Shown: one piece after another, positions 28,682 through 38,023 of the stretch
Layout: every line of letters begins with the position of its first letter
Numbering within the stretch: position 1 is the stretch's first letter
DNA from: Acidobacteriota bacterium
GTDB lineage: Bacteria; Acidobacteriota; UBA6911; RPQK01; JADFOI01
Assembly (NCBI GenBank): GCA_963663035.1
Contig: OY760074.1
Coordinates: 3,136,001 to 3,200,000, forward strand
Direction: 5' to 3'
DNA: 64,000 nucleotides
Position numbers and translations under genes: made by a program
Notes under the pieces: generated by a model
The model's database searches: none
Seen by the model: the letters and a program-made list of their open reading frames with translations, nothing else
What the model was told of the DNA's origin: nothing

Positions 28682-30307
28682 TTACACTTGGAGCACACCC
28701 GTCTTAAATTCCGGGATCTGCGGGTTGAGGGCCGCAATTTCCAAACTCAACTGTAAAGCCTCCCGAGTTTGGTGGGGTTGGATGATTCCGTCCACCCACA
28801 GTCGAGCGGCTGCATAGCGCGGATCGAGTTGATGGCCATAAGTTTCCTGGATACTTTCGAGCAGGTGTTGGCGGGCCTCCTGAGTAATCTTCTTTCCGCT
28901 CTTTTCCAGTTGGCGGACCTTCAAATCGAGCAGAGTCTTGGCCGCCTGTTCCCCCCCCATAACCGCATTGCGGCAGGTCGGCCAGGCGAAAATGAGACGA
29001 GGGTCATAAGCCTTACCGCACATGGCGTAATTGCCGGCCCCATAACTGCCCCCAATAATCACGGTAATCTTGGGAACGACACTGTTCGCTACCACATTGA
29101 CCAGCTTCGCTCCCGACTTAATGATCCCGGAGACCTCAGCAGCTCTGCCCACCATGAAGCCGTTCACATCTTGAAAAAAGAGAAGTGGAATTCGACCTTG
29201 GTTGCAATCCATCACAAAACGCGCCGCTTTGTCGGCGCTTTCCCGGTAGATCACACCTCCGATCTCTATGGGCTCACCGGGAATCTTGATGTGTTGCCTG
29301 CGATTGGCCACCACCCCTACAGACCATCCAGCCAAGCGGGCATAACCACAAATCAGGGTTTTTCCGTAGTCAGCCTTATACTCCGTGAACTCTCCCTGGT
29401 CGAAGATGCACTGAAATATCTTAAGCAAATCGAACTCTTCACTGGAGTCAAGCGGCATGAGATTGTAAATTTCTTTGGGCGGATGGCCAGGGGGTTTGGC
29501 CTCTACTCGCTGAAAAGGAGCCATGCCAGGTTCTGCCAGTGCCCCCACCAGCAGGCGAATACGCTCAAGACACTTTTCGTCTGTTTCCTCTCGAAAGTCG
29601 ATGGTTCCACTCATCGCTGAATGAAGCTGGGCCCCTCCCAGATGATCGCTTTCCACGTCCTGGCCAATGGCAGCCTTCACCAGGGATGGACCGGCAATGT
29701 AGAGACCACTTCCTTCGGTCATTAAGACTTTGTCGCACATGACGGGCAGATACGCTCCTCCAGCCACACAAGGCCCCATGACAGCTGCAATTTGTGGAAT
29801 TCCTTTGGCCGAGATGCGGGCGTTGTGGCAAAAGATGCGGCCAAAATCGTTCTCATCTGGAAAGACTTCATCTTGCAGCGGTAAGAAGACACCTGCGGAA
29901 TCAACCAGATAGATCAAGGGAAGATGGTTGTCCATGGAGATCCGCTGAGCCCGCAGCACCTTTTTAACGGTGCTGGGAAAGAAGGCACCTGCTTTGACCG
30001 TGGCGTCGTTGGCAACGATCATGAAATGTCGGCCTTGAACTTGCCCAATGCCGGTAATGACGCCAGCGGCTGGAGCACCGCCCCACTCTTGATACATCTC
30101 AAAAGCCGCAAACAACCCCAGCTCAAAGAACTCACTGTCAGGATCGATGAGATGTGCGATGCGCTCACGCGCAGTCAGGCGCCCCTTCTGGTGCTGCCTT
30201 TCGACGGCCTTCTCACCACCACCCAGTTGGACTTCCCGCTCAGCAGTCCCAACCAGGTCCAGGACCTCATCCCAGGATTGACACGTATCGAAATCCTTAC
30301 TCGCCAC
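28682..30307 (-). CDS. Acyl-CoA carboxylase carboxyltransferase subunit (methylcrotonyl-CoA carboxylase beta-like)
   Basis: ANDATVKAG, DSAGVFLPLQ, CVAGGAY, GFMVG and GGSYGAGNY motifs. Confidence 0.92.
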   Translation of the reverse strand: MASKDFDTCQSWDEVLDLVGTAEREVQLGGGEKAVERQHQKGRLTARERIAHLIDPDSEFFELGLFAAFEMYQEWGGAPAAGVITGIGQVQGRHFMIVANDATVKAGAFFPSTVKKVLRAQRISMDNHLPLIYLVDSAGVFLPLQDEVFPDENDFGRIFCHNARISAKGIPQIAAVMGPCVAGGAYLPVMCDKVLMTEGSGLYIAGPSLVKAAIGQDVESDHLGGAQLHSAMSGTIDFREETDEKCLERIRLLVGALAEPGMAPFQRVEAKPPGHPPKEIYNLMPLDSSEEFDLLKIFQCIFDQGEFTEYKADYGKTLICGYARLAGWSVGVVANRRQHIKIPGEPIEIGGVIYRESADKAARFVMDCNQGRIPLLFFQDVNGFMVGRAAEVSGIIKSGAKLVNVVANSVVPKITVIIGGSYGAGNYAMCGKAYDPRLIFAWPTCRNAVMGGEQAAKTLLDLKVRQLEKSGKKITQEARQHLLESIQETYGHQLDPRYAAARLWVDGIIQPHQTREALQLSLEIAALNPQIPEFKTGVLQV

Positions 30308-30431
30308 GATTTACCCCTGCTTCACACGCCGCTGAATATTCATTTGCTCCAATGCATATGTTAGCATTGAGTCCGCTCAGGAGATGGCCAGTTGTCAGCT
30401 GTCCGATGGGGAACTGATCCAGACCAAAACC

Positions 30432-33113
30432 ATGACTTTCGATTTTTCCCAGCGTTTTCGGGAGAACTTGGAAAAGCTCTCCGAACAAGTCGCGCTTCAG
30501 CACATTACCCAGGAAGTAAAAGAATCCTTTACTTACCGCAGGATTGGTCAAGAGATTGCCAAAATCGGCCTGTTTCTAAAGAGTCAAGGCATTGGACCAG
30601 GAACCACCGTGGGGATTCTCATGGAAAATCAGCCCCGTTGGGGTATTGCCTTTCTCGCAGTGCAAAGTATCGGGGCTCGAATCGCTCCTTTTGACATCCT
30701 GCACGACGGCAAGACGCTGGCTGGGTTGATCCAACATGCCGAGTGCAAATTCCTCATCTCATCTGAGAAGTTATTCTCTGAAGTCAAAGAGATCCAGGAA
30801 CTTTTACCTGAACCTCTACCCACCTTGATCACCGGTCTACACGTCAAAGATGACTTCCACTGGGAGACGATAGTGGCCAAAAGCGAGGAGGCAACTCTTT
30901 CGCCCTGGGTGGAATGCGATCCGGACGAAGCGTTTGTACTCCTTTATACGAGCGGCACGACTGGGAATCCCAAGGGCGTTGTCCTCACGCGGCGCAATAT
31001 TTATCGAAATGTTCAGGAACTCCTGAACATCATCCGAGTGACCTCGCACGATCACATCCTCTCGGTGCTGCCCTTATATCATGTCTTGGCTCTGCTGGTG
31101 AACTTTATCATCCCGCTCACCGTGGGGGCCCAGGTGACCTATTTGGACTCCCTGGACGCTCAGCGCATTCTCAAGAGCTTTCAAGATGAAGGAATTACAA
31201 TTTTCGTCTGTGTTCCACAGTTCTACAATCTCCTCTATCACCGAATCCTTCAAGAGGTAAAAGGACAATCCCTGCTCAAAAGATTCCTCTTCCACCGGCT
31301 TCTCACTTTCTCTCACTTTTGTAATGAGCATATCGGCTGGAACCCGGGGAAGTTCTTCTTTTCGGCCATTCACAGACGTTTCGGCTCCCGCTTCCGACTC
31401 TTTGGTGTGGGGGGAGCGCACTTTGACCGAGAAGTTTCCGAGTACCTGCGAGACCTCGGATTTATCCTCGTACAGGCCTACGGCATGACGGAAACAGCAG
31501 CTCTCGCGACCATCACTCCTCCCGGATCCAAGGCTCAGGCTTCAGTGGGGCCACCTCTTTCCCACGTGAAGATTAAGATTGAGCAACCCAATCAAGAGGG
31601 GGTAGGGGAGGTTCTCATTAGCGGCGAAAACATTATGCAAGGCTACTGGAAGAACCCTCAGGCCACGACAGAGGTCCTGAAGAATGGATGGCTCCACAGC
31701 GGCGATCTAGGTTACTTGAACTCCCAGGGGCAGCTCCTCATCACCGGGCGCAAGAAAGATGTCATTGTGCTCAGTTCAGGGAAGAACATTTACCCGGAAG
31801 AGGTGGAGTATTTCTATGAGACCAATTGCCTTTCCATCAAAGAATTATGCGTTCTGGGGATACCTGACAGCACTGCCAGTCTGGAACAGGAAAAGCTCCA
31901 TGCTGTGATTGTGCCGGACTTCGACTACATGAAGAGCCGGCAAACAGTCAATACCTATGAAATGATCCGCTACATGCTGGATACTGTCTCACAGCGGCTT
32001 GCACCATCCAAGCGTGTGCGCAGCTTCGAGATTCGGCGGGAGCCCTTGCCCCGCACGACGACTCGCAAAATAAAGCGTTTTCAGGTGCAACAGGAGCTGG
32101 AAGAAAAGTCCCCGACTCCAGCCTCAGCCGGCGTCAGAGAAGCAGCCCAGCCTCAAACTGTAACGGAAGAAAAGGTCTTCAGAGTCCTTCGAGAAATGAA
32201 GAACGAGGCAGCAATTCACCCGCAAATGAATCTGGAGTTGGATTTGGGCTTTGACTCTCTGGAAAGAGTCGAGCTCCTCTCCACCCTTCAGGAGAATTTC
32301 AAGATTCAGATCTCAGATGAAGAGACAGTTCAGATCTTCACTGTTGAGGAACTCGTTACTGCAATAGAGGAGAGACTTACGGGAGAGGTTGGTGGAAAAG
32401 ACGTTCGGCTCTCGTGGAGAGCCATCCTCGACGAACCCCTTCAACCTGAAGACCGCCTGCGAGTTCAACAAATCCTAGCGTCTAAACCCATTACAGAATT
32501 TGCTTTCTATCTCACAGCAAAGCTGGTTCACATTCTGTCCATAGTGCTTTTCCGTTTGAAGGTGAAAGGAAGAACACACCTGCCTCAGGAATACCCTTTT
32601 CTGATCTGTCCCAACCATCTGAGCTTCCTGGACGCCTTTGTGCTGGTGGGTCCCTTTCCCTATCGAATCATCAAGAGGATCTTCTTCTTAGGCTATGCCG
32701 ATTACTTCAACCGTCCAGTGCTCGGGTTTCTGGGACGACTGATCAAAGTCGTGCCCGTTGATGCTGACCGGCACCTCCGGCAGGCGCTTCGTTTGGGCGC
32801 GGAAGGACTGCGCATGGGCTGCATTCTTTGCGTCTTTCCGGAAGGAGAACGCTCCATTGACGGCACCTTGAAACCCTTTCGGAAGGGACCCGCTATCCTG
32901 GCCAAGGAGATGGGGGTGCCGGTAGTGCCGGCGGCCATCGCAGGAACTTATGAGGTTTGGCCCAGAGGCGTGAATAAAATCCGGTTACGGCCGGTTACGG
33001 TCTCTTTTGGCGATCCTCTCGATCCCCCCTCCGAGGAAGAAACCTACGACTCCTTCAATGGGCGGCTTTTCCAGGCAGTCGACCAGCTCATCCAGCAAGA
33101 GAAACGAGGTTAG
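30432..33113 (+). CDS. Long-chain acyl-CoA synthetase - ACP - PlsC acyltransferase fusion
   Basis: YTSGTTGNPKG, YGMTE and SGDLG (ligase); DLGFDSL (ACP Ser); NHLSFLD and FPEGER (PlsC). Confidence 0.9.
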   Translation: MTFDFSQRFRENLEKLSEQVALQHITQEVKESFTYRRIGQEIAKIGLFLKSQGIGPGTTVGILMENQPRWGIAFLAVQSIGARIAPFDILHDGKTLAGLIQHAECKFLISSEKLFSEVKEIQELLPEPLPTLITGLHVKDDFHWETIVAKSEEATLSPWVECDPDEAFVLLYTSGTTGNPKGVVLTRRNIYRNVQELLNIIRVTSHDHILSVLPLYHVLALLVNFIIPLTVGAQVTYLDSLDAQRILKSFQDEGITIFVCVPQFYNLLYHRILQEVKGQSLLKRFLFHRLLTFSHFCNEHIGWNPGKFFFSAIHRRFGSRFRLFGVGGAHFDREVSEYLRDLGFILVQAYGMTETAALATITPPGSKAQASVGPPLSHVKIKIEQPNQEGVGEVLISGENIMQGYWKNPQATTEVLKNGWLHSGDLGYLNSQGQLLITGRKKDVIVLSSGKNIYPEEVEYFYETNCLSIKELCVLGIPDSTASLEQEKLHAVIVPDFDYMKSRQTVNTYEMIRYMLDTVSQRLAPSKRVRSFEIRREPLPRTTTRKIKRFQVQQELEEKSPTPASAGVREAAQPQTVTEEKVFRVLREMKNEAAIHPQMNLELDLGFDSLERVELLSTLQENFKIQISDEETVQIFTVEELVTAIEERLTGEVGGKDVRLSWRAILDEPLQPEDRLRVQQILASKPITEFAFYLTAKLVHILSIVLFRLKVKGRTHLPQEYPFLICPNHLSFLDAFVLVGPFPYRIIKRIFFLGYADYFNRPVLGFLGRLIKVVPVDADRHLRQALRLGAEGLRMGCILCVFPEGERSIDGTLKPFRKGPAILAKEMGVPVVPAAIAGTYEVWPRGVNKIRLRPVTVSFGDPLDPPSEEETYDSFNGRLFQAVDQLIQQEKRG

Positions 33114-33133
33114 AGCCTCGCCTGAGGCCTCGC

Positions 33134-33889
33134 TTAGTGGAACGCCAACCCACCATCCACCACCAGGGATTGGCCTGTAATCATCTCAGCCTCTTCAGAG
33201 GCCATAAAGACTGCTGCTCCGCACACATCCTGAGGTGTCAGGCTCCGTTTCAACACCTGCCGTTCCTTATAAGCATCGAAGTGCTTCGCCCCATAGACTT
33301 TCAGGGCAGAGTCGCTCCGGACCAGTCCCAAAACCAAGGAGTTGACGTTGATGCCATACTCACCCAGTTCGGGCGCGATGGCATGGGTCAGCCCAACCAC
33401 ACCGGCCTTCGAGGTCACATAGTCGAGACGATAGGGCCTCCCAATCAACCAGGTCACCGATGAGATATTGATGATCTTTCCGTAGCGCTGCTCCTTCATG
33501 AACGGGAACACGGAGCGGATGCAATTCCAAACTCCCTTCAGGTTCACCTCCATACAGCGGTCCCAGTTCTCTTCGGTGAGCTCATCAAAGGGGCCTTCCG
33601 GCAAGGCGGTGAACATGGCGGCGTTGTTCATCAGTATATCGATCCGGTGGTATTGGTCTTTGCTGCGCTGGGCCATGGCGTCACAGTCGACTTTCCTGGC
33701 CACGTCAGTCTTGAACCCGATGGCTTCGCCGCCGGCGGCCAGGATCTCCTTTGCGGTGCGCTCGGCATTGCCCCCGTCAATGTCGGTACACACGACCCTG
33801 GCACCCTCCCTGGCAAACCGCTTGCAGTACTCCACCCCGATCCCGACTCCAGCACCTGTGACAATGGCGACCTTATCCTTCAACCTCAT
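33134..33889 (-). CDS. Short-chain dehydrogenase/reductase
   Basis: TGAGVGIG, NNAA and YVTSK motifs. Confidence 0.92.
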   Translation of the reverse strand: MRLKDKVAIVTGAGVGIGVEYCKRFAREGARVVCTDIDGGNAERTAKEILAAGGEAIGFKTDVARKVDCDAMAQRSKDQYHRIDILMNNAAMFTALPEGPFDELTEENWDRCMEVNLKGVWNCIRSVFPFMKEQRYGKIINISSVTWLIGRPYRLDYVTSKAGVVGLTHAIAPELGEYGINVNSLVLGLVRSDSALKVYGAKHFDAYKERQVLKRSLTPQDVCGAAVFMASEEAEMITGQSLVVDGGLAFH

Positions 33890-33891
33890 AG

Positions 33892-34302
33892 CTATCCATC
33901 TTCCCGATACTCGGCCAGGGCTTCAGGAGTTTCCCACAGTCGAATCGCTACCACGGGCAGTCGCTTGGCTTTGGCTTTCAGGAAGATCAACCTGGCAATA
34001 TTTTCAGCAGTAGGATTTTCTTTCATGATAAAGACCCGCTCACCTAGTCCTTCCAGCGCCGCCACCATCGGGTCATCCTCCCGCAACAACATGCGGTGAT
34101 CCAATTCATGATCGATAAACCCCTGGAGATATTTTTTGACATCACTGAAGTCGTAGACCATCCCCCGGTGATCAAGCTTTTCGCTGGAGAGCTCGACTTC
34201 AAGTATCCCATTGTGTCCATGGGCATGAGCACATTTGCCATCGTAGTCCATGAGTCGATGGCCGTAGCTGAAGTGCAGTCTCTTAACAATATGATACTTC
34301 AT
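33892..34302 (-). CDS. queD: 6-carboxytetrahydropterin synthase
   Basis: HRL..YDGKC...HGHN, DH, NPTAENIA and WET motifs. The upstream ORF extension comes from repeat A1, so the start is placed at ATG 34302. Confidence 0.88.
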   Translation of the reverse strand: MKYHIVKRLHFSYGHRLMDYDGKCAHAHGHNGILEVELSSEKLDHRGMVYDFSDVKKYLQGFIDHELDHRMLLREDDPMVAALEGLGERVFIMKENPTAENIARLIFLKAKAKRLPVVAIRLWETPEALAEYREDG

Positions 34303-34317
34303 CGTAAAGCTAGTTTT

Positions 34318-34466
34318 AGCCAAGCTTACGCATAAGTTTTCTACTCCAGTGCCGCAATCATCCACGCTGACTGCGTTGTGCGACCCGCAAGCGGGTACCC
34401 CTCGCACGCCTTGTCATCGCGGCGCCAGCGGCACTTCGTCACGAAGACCTATGCGTAAGCCCGGCT
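34318..34466. repeat. Dispersed structured repeat, family A copy 1
   Basis: Core CAGTGCCGCAATCATCCACGCTGACTGCGTTGTGCGACCCGCAAGCGG... shared with 37816 and 48768; 17-bp terminal inverted repeat. Confidence 0.9.
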
Positions 34467-34540
34467 TTAATTTAAGTGTTTCAGAGCCCTTTGTAAACTT
34501 TCGGCCAACTTGGGAAAGTTATAAGATTGCGCTCTGTAAC

Positions 34541-35641
34541 GTGGCACGGAAATCAAAGAAGAAAATCTGTGTTCTCAACGGTGGCGGCGATTGCCCAGGA
34601 TTGAACGCTGTTATCCGGTCGGTAGTCAAATCGGCTATCCTCCGGCATGGCTGGGAAATCTGGGGAAGCGAGGACAGTTTCGACGGTTTTCTTAAGCCCG
34701 ATAAGATGGTGCCCCTGACACTGGATTCGGTAAGAGGCATTCTTCCCAGAGGAGGCACTATTCTGGGAACGACCAGTAAGGGAAATCCCTTTCGCTATCC
34801 GGTCAGAAACGAAAAGGGCGAAATAGAATCTCAGGACTATTCCCAAAAAGTCATCGACAAGGTCCGGACAATGAATTTGGACGGACTGATCGTAATTGGG
34901 GGAAACGGTACGCTGTCCATCGCCTATGAGTTCTTCCAAGCAGGATTGCCCGTCATTGGAGTGCCCAAGACCATCGACAAGGACCTGTTGGCCACCGAGA
35001 TTACCTTCGGCTTCGACACAGCACTGCACACCGCTACCGATGCCATTGACAAGATCCACACCACCGCTGAGAGCCACGACCGCGTCATGGTTGTGGAGTT
35101 AATGGGTCGCAATGCAGGGTGGATTGCTCTGGAAGCCGGGACTTCGGGAGGAGCAGATGTCATCCTGATTCCTGAGATTCCCTTCGATATTGAAAAGGTT
35201 TGCCAGAAAATTCAACAGCGCGCCAAAATTGGGCGCCACTTTAGCGTGGTTGTGGTAGCCGAAGCTGCCGCTTCCTCCGATGGAACCCGGATTTACCGTC
35301 AAGGCGCTCAGGAAAATCTCTCTGGTAAGCTGGGAGGTATTGGATTCGTGGTGGGAGAAATGATCCAGGAACGGACCGGAGTCGATACTCGCGTTCTGGT
35401 GCTGGGACACTTGCAGCGTGGAGGGAGTCCCAGCCCGTTTGATCGCCTATTAGGAACTCGTTTCGGTGTGGCGGCAGTTGAACTGGCTGCTCAGGAGAGG
35501 TTCGGACAGATGGTTGCCCTCAAATGTGGCAAGGTTGAATCGGTGCCCATCAAAAGTGCTATCGCTCGTCAGCGCCTGGTCGAGCCTGAGGGGGAATACG
35601 TGCGTGCCGCCAAAGCGATAGGGATTTCCTTCGGAGACTAA
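34541..35641 (+). CDS. pfkA: 6-phosphofructokinase (group III / mixed-substrate type)
   Basis: GGGDCPGLNAVIR, GGTILGT, PKTID, TFGFDTA, MGRNAGW and LGHLQRGG motifs; start placed at GTG 34541. Confidence 0.92.
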   Translation: MARKSKKKICVLNGGGDCPGLNAVIRSVVKSAILRHGWEIWGSEDSFDGFLKPDKMVPLTLDSVRGILPRGGTILGTTSKGNPFRYPVRNEKGEIESQDYSQKVIDKVRTMNLDGLIVIGGNGTLSIAYEFFQAGLPVIGVPKTIDKDLLATEITFGFDTALHTATDAIDKIHTTAESHDRVMVVELMGRNAGWIALEAGTSGGADVILIPEIPFDIEKVCQKIQQRAKIGRHFSVVVVAEAAASSDGTRIYRQGAQENLSGKLGGIGFVVGEMIQERTGVDTRVLVLGHLQRGGSPSPFDRLLGTRFGVAAVELAAQERFGQMVALKCGKVESVPIKSAIARQRLVEPEGEYVRAAKAIGISFGD

Positions 35642-35804
35642 GTACTCACTTTCATAAATATGGAAACGTTTGTTGGGAGCGCGACGGAGCCCAGATCGAG
35701 GCACGACGACGAGTCGATGTCTCCGCATCCCTTCCTCCTCCCTTCGCGACCTCGCCTCGCAAGCCCCATCCGCAACCGTTACCGTATTTATGAAAGGGAG
35801 TACT
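35641..35804. repeat. Dispersed structured repeat, family C copy 2 (inverted, internally deleted)
   Basis: AGTACTCACTTTCATAAATA / TATTTATGAAAGGGAGTACT ends; both halves align to the reverse complement of 27424-27699. Confidence 0.8.
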
Positions 35805-35879
35805 CATTGTTGGCCAATCAACAGAGTGCAAATAACAACTGTGCTAGAATCGAGTGAACAAGGTTTGAAGGGACAACAG

Positions 35880-36437
35880 ATGATGGTGTACGAGGTGAGT
35901 TTTCTCCGCAGGATAGCACCGTTAATCCTGGGATTCCTACTCCTTCTAGGATGTGCCGAGACCTTTGAGCCTCAGCAAAATATTAGGGACTGGCTCCCGA
36001 CCGAAGACCGTCAACCGATGGATCTATCAGGCCTCTTTAGAACCGTGGACGGCGAGGATGCTCCTCTGATCGATCCCGATGTTGAAGCCAAAGTTGTGTT
36101 TCTGAACATGTGGGCAACCTGGTGCTTACCTTGCCTCGAAGAAATGCCTTATATGGCTTCTCTTTACCAGGAGTTCTCTGACGAGGGGCTCACCATGGTG
36201 GCTATCTCCAATGAAGACCCTGAAGTTGTTCGCAACTTTCTCGAGGATCACCCCTATCCATTCCCGATTTTGCTGGATACTGAGGATATTCTATCCCTGC
36301 GATTTGAGGTTATGGCATTGCCAACCACCTTGATTCTAGACAGTCAGGGACGCCTTGCCCTGCGCCAGATCGGATCCTACCACTGGGATTCCCCGGCCAT
36401 GATCGAACAATTTCGCCCGCTCCTAGCCGATGACTAA
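35880..36437 (+). CDS. TlpA-family thiol-disulfide oxidoreductase, lipoprotein
   Basis: LLGC lipobox; WATWCLPC..EMP and LPTT motifs. Confidence 0.88.
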   Translation: MMVYEVSFLRRIAPLILGFLLLLGCAETFEPQQNIRDWLPTEDRQPMDLSGLFRTVDGEDAPLIDPDVEAKVVFLNMWATWCLPCLEEMPYMASLYQEFSDEGLTMVAISNEDPEVVRNFLEDHPYPFPILLDTEDILSLRFEVMALPTTLILDSQGRLALRQIGSYHWDSPAMIEQFRPLLADD

Positions 36438-37818
36438 ACGTCAGGAAGCTTGCCTGTCCGATCCCCCTTTCTTGTTTCGTTGCATCAATCAGTCTTGCCA
36501 AAAGGAATTCGACATCAGTCGAAAGCTTTACCAGTGTCCTGACTGCTCTGATCTTCTGGACGTTGTCAAGAATTATGCAAGCGTTGACGTCGAGAAACTC
36601 AAAGAACTGTTTCGGCAGCGACGTGCTTCAAACGATCCGCTGGATATCAGTGGCGTGTGGCGCTATCGAGAATTCCTGCCCTTTCTCGAAGAAGACCTGC
36701 ACCATGTGGTCACGCTGGGAGAGGGGAACAACCCGGTCCTCGAGACACCCCGGTGCGCTGAATATGTTGGCCTCAAACGCCTCCGGGTCAAGCATCTGGG
36801 CTGGAATCCGACAGGCTCCTTCAAGGACTACGGTATGACCGTAGCAGTGACTCAAGCGAAGAAGCTGGGCTCGCGCGTCGTGGCCTGCGCCTCCACCGGC
36901 AATACTTCGGCCTCTATGGCGGCTTTCTGTGCCCGGGCCAATCTCCGTGCCGTGGTCTTTATTCCAGAGGGGCAGATCGCTTTCGGGAAATTGTCCCAAT
37001 CTATGGACTTCGGTGCCCTCACCCTGCAGATCCAGGGGGATTTTGACGTCGCTATGGGTCTGGTCCAGGAGCTTTCAGGAGAGACCGATCTTTATCTGAT
37101 GAATTCGATTAACCCTTTTCGTCTGGAAGGCCAAAAAACGGTCATGATGGAGCTCTTCGATCAACTGGACTGGAAGGTTCCAGATCGACTTGTGGTGCCA
37201 GGAGGTAATCTGGGCAACAGCTCTTCATACGGAAAGGCCCTCATGGAATTGAAGGACCTGGGCTTTATCGACAAGGTTCCGCGACTCTCCATCATTCAGG
37301 CCAGTGGTGCTGACCCGCTTTATAGGACACTGGTGACCAGTTCCCGGGATCTGGTTCCCGTCCAGGATGCCTGGACCCTGGCCAGCGCCATAAAGATCGG
37401 GAGACCCATCAGTTGGAAGAAGGCAGTGCGTGCTCTGCAATTCACCGATGGTTGGTGTGATGTGGTGAGCGAGCAGGAAATCGCCGACGCCAAGGCAATG
37501 CTAGGGCGTGATGGAATCGGGTGCGAACCGGCCTCCGCCACTACGGTCGCCGGTCTGAAAAGGCTTATGGAACTTGGCCAGAGCCTGGAACACGAAGTCA
37601 GCCTCGATCCTGACGAAGATGTGGTGGCGGTTTTGACAGGTCACCAGTTGAAGGATCCAGAGTATACCGTCAACTACCACCTGGATAACCTCTATCAGCA
37701 TGCCACTTACGAGAACCGACTGATGAAAAAATCGGGAAAACTGACCTCCACCTTCGCCAACGAACCCATTGCGGTCCCACCCGATAAGGACAAAATTATC
37801 CGCATGTTGGATCTGTAG
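36430..37818 (+). CDS. thrC: Threonine synthase
   Basis: NPTGSFKDYGM, CASTGNTSAS, NSINPFRLEGQKT, PGGNLGN and EPASA motifs. Confidence 0.95.
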   Translation: MTKRQEACLSDPPFLFRCINQSCQKEFDISRKLYQCPDCSDLLDVVKNYASVDVEKLKELFRQRRASNDPLDISGVWRYREFLPFLEEDLHHVVTLGEGNNPVLETPRCAEYVGLKRLRVKHLGWNPTGSFKDYGMTVAVTQAKKLGSRVVACASTGNTSASMAAFCARANLRAVVFIPEGQIAFGKLSQSMDFGALTLQIQGDFDVAMGLVQELSGETDLYLMNSINPFRLEGQKTVMMELFDQLDWKVPDRLVVPGGNLGNSSSYGKALMELKDLGFIDKVPRLSIIQASGADPLYRTLVTSSRDLVPVQDAWTLASAIKIGRPISWKKAVRALQFTDGWCDVVSEQEIADAKAMLGRDGIGCEPASATTVAGLKRLMELGQSLEHEVSLDPDEDVVAVLTGHQLKDPEYTVNYHLDNLYQHATYENRLMKKSGKLTSTFANEPIAVPPDKDKIIRMLDL

Positions 37819-37966
37819 ACGGGATCATGCATAAATTTTCTACTGCAGTGCCGCAATCATCCACGCTGACTGCGTTGTGCGACCCGCAAGCGGGTACCCC
37901 TCGCACGCCTTGTCATCGCGACGCCTGCGGCACTTCGTCACGAAAACCTATGCATGATCCCGTCTA
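37816..37966. repeat. Dispersed structured repeat, family A copy 2
   Basis: TAGACGGGATCATGCATA ... TATGCATGATCCCGTCTA perfect ends, starting in the thrC stop; followed by a family B end fragment (37967-37985). Confidence 0.9.
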
Positions 37967-38023
37967 GCCCACATTTCTCGCACACGATCCTGGGCCGTGT
38001 GTTATCCTTTCCCACCCCTGCTC

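Noticed and set aside
34303-34540. Long N-terminal extensions of queD and pfkA in the ORF track (similarly tlpA from 35670 and the cupredoxin to 48817)
   Set aside because: The extensions are read through repeat elements; domain starts, and in some cases RBS positions, point to the shorter starts.
34541-35641. GGNG and PKTIDKD variants in PfkA
   Set aside because: Within plausible group III variation; nothing further can be concluded without an alignment.
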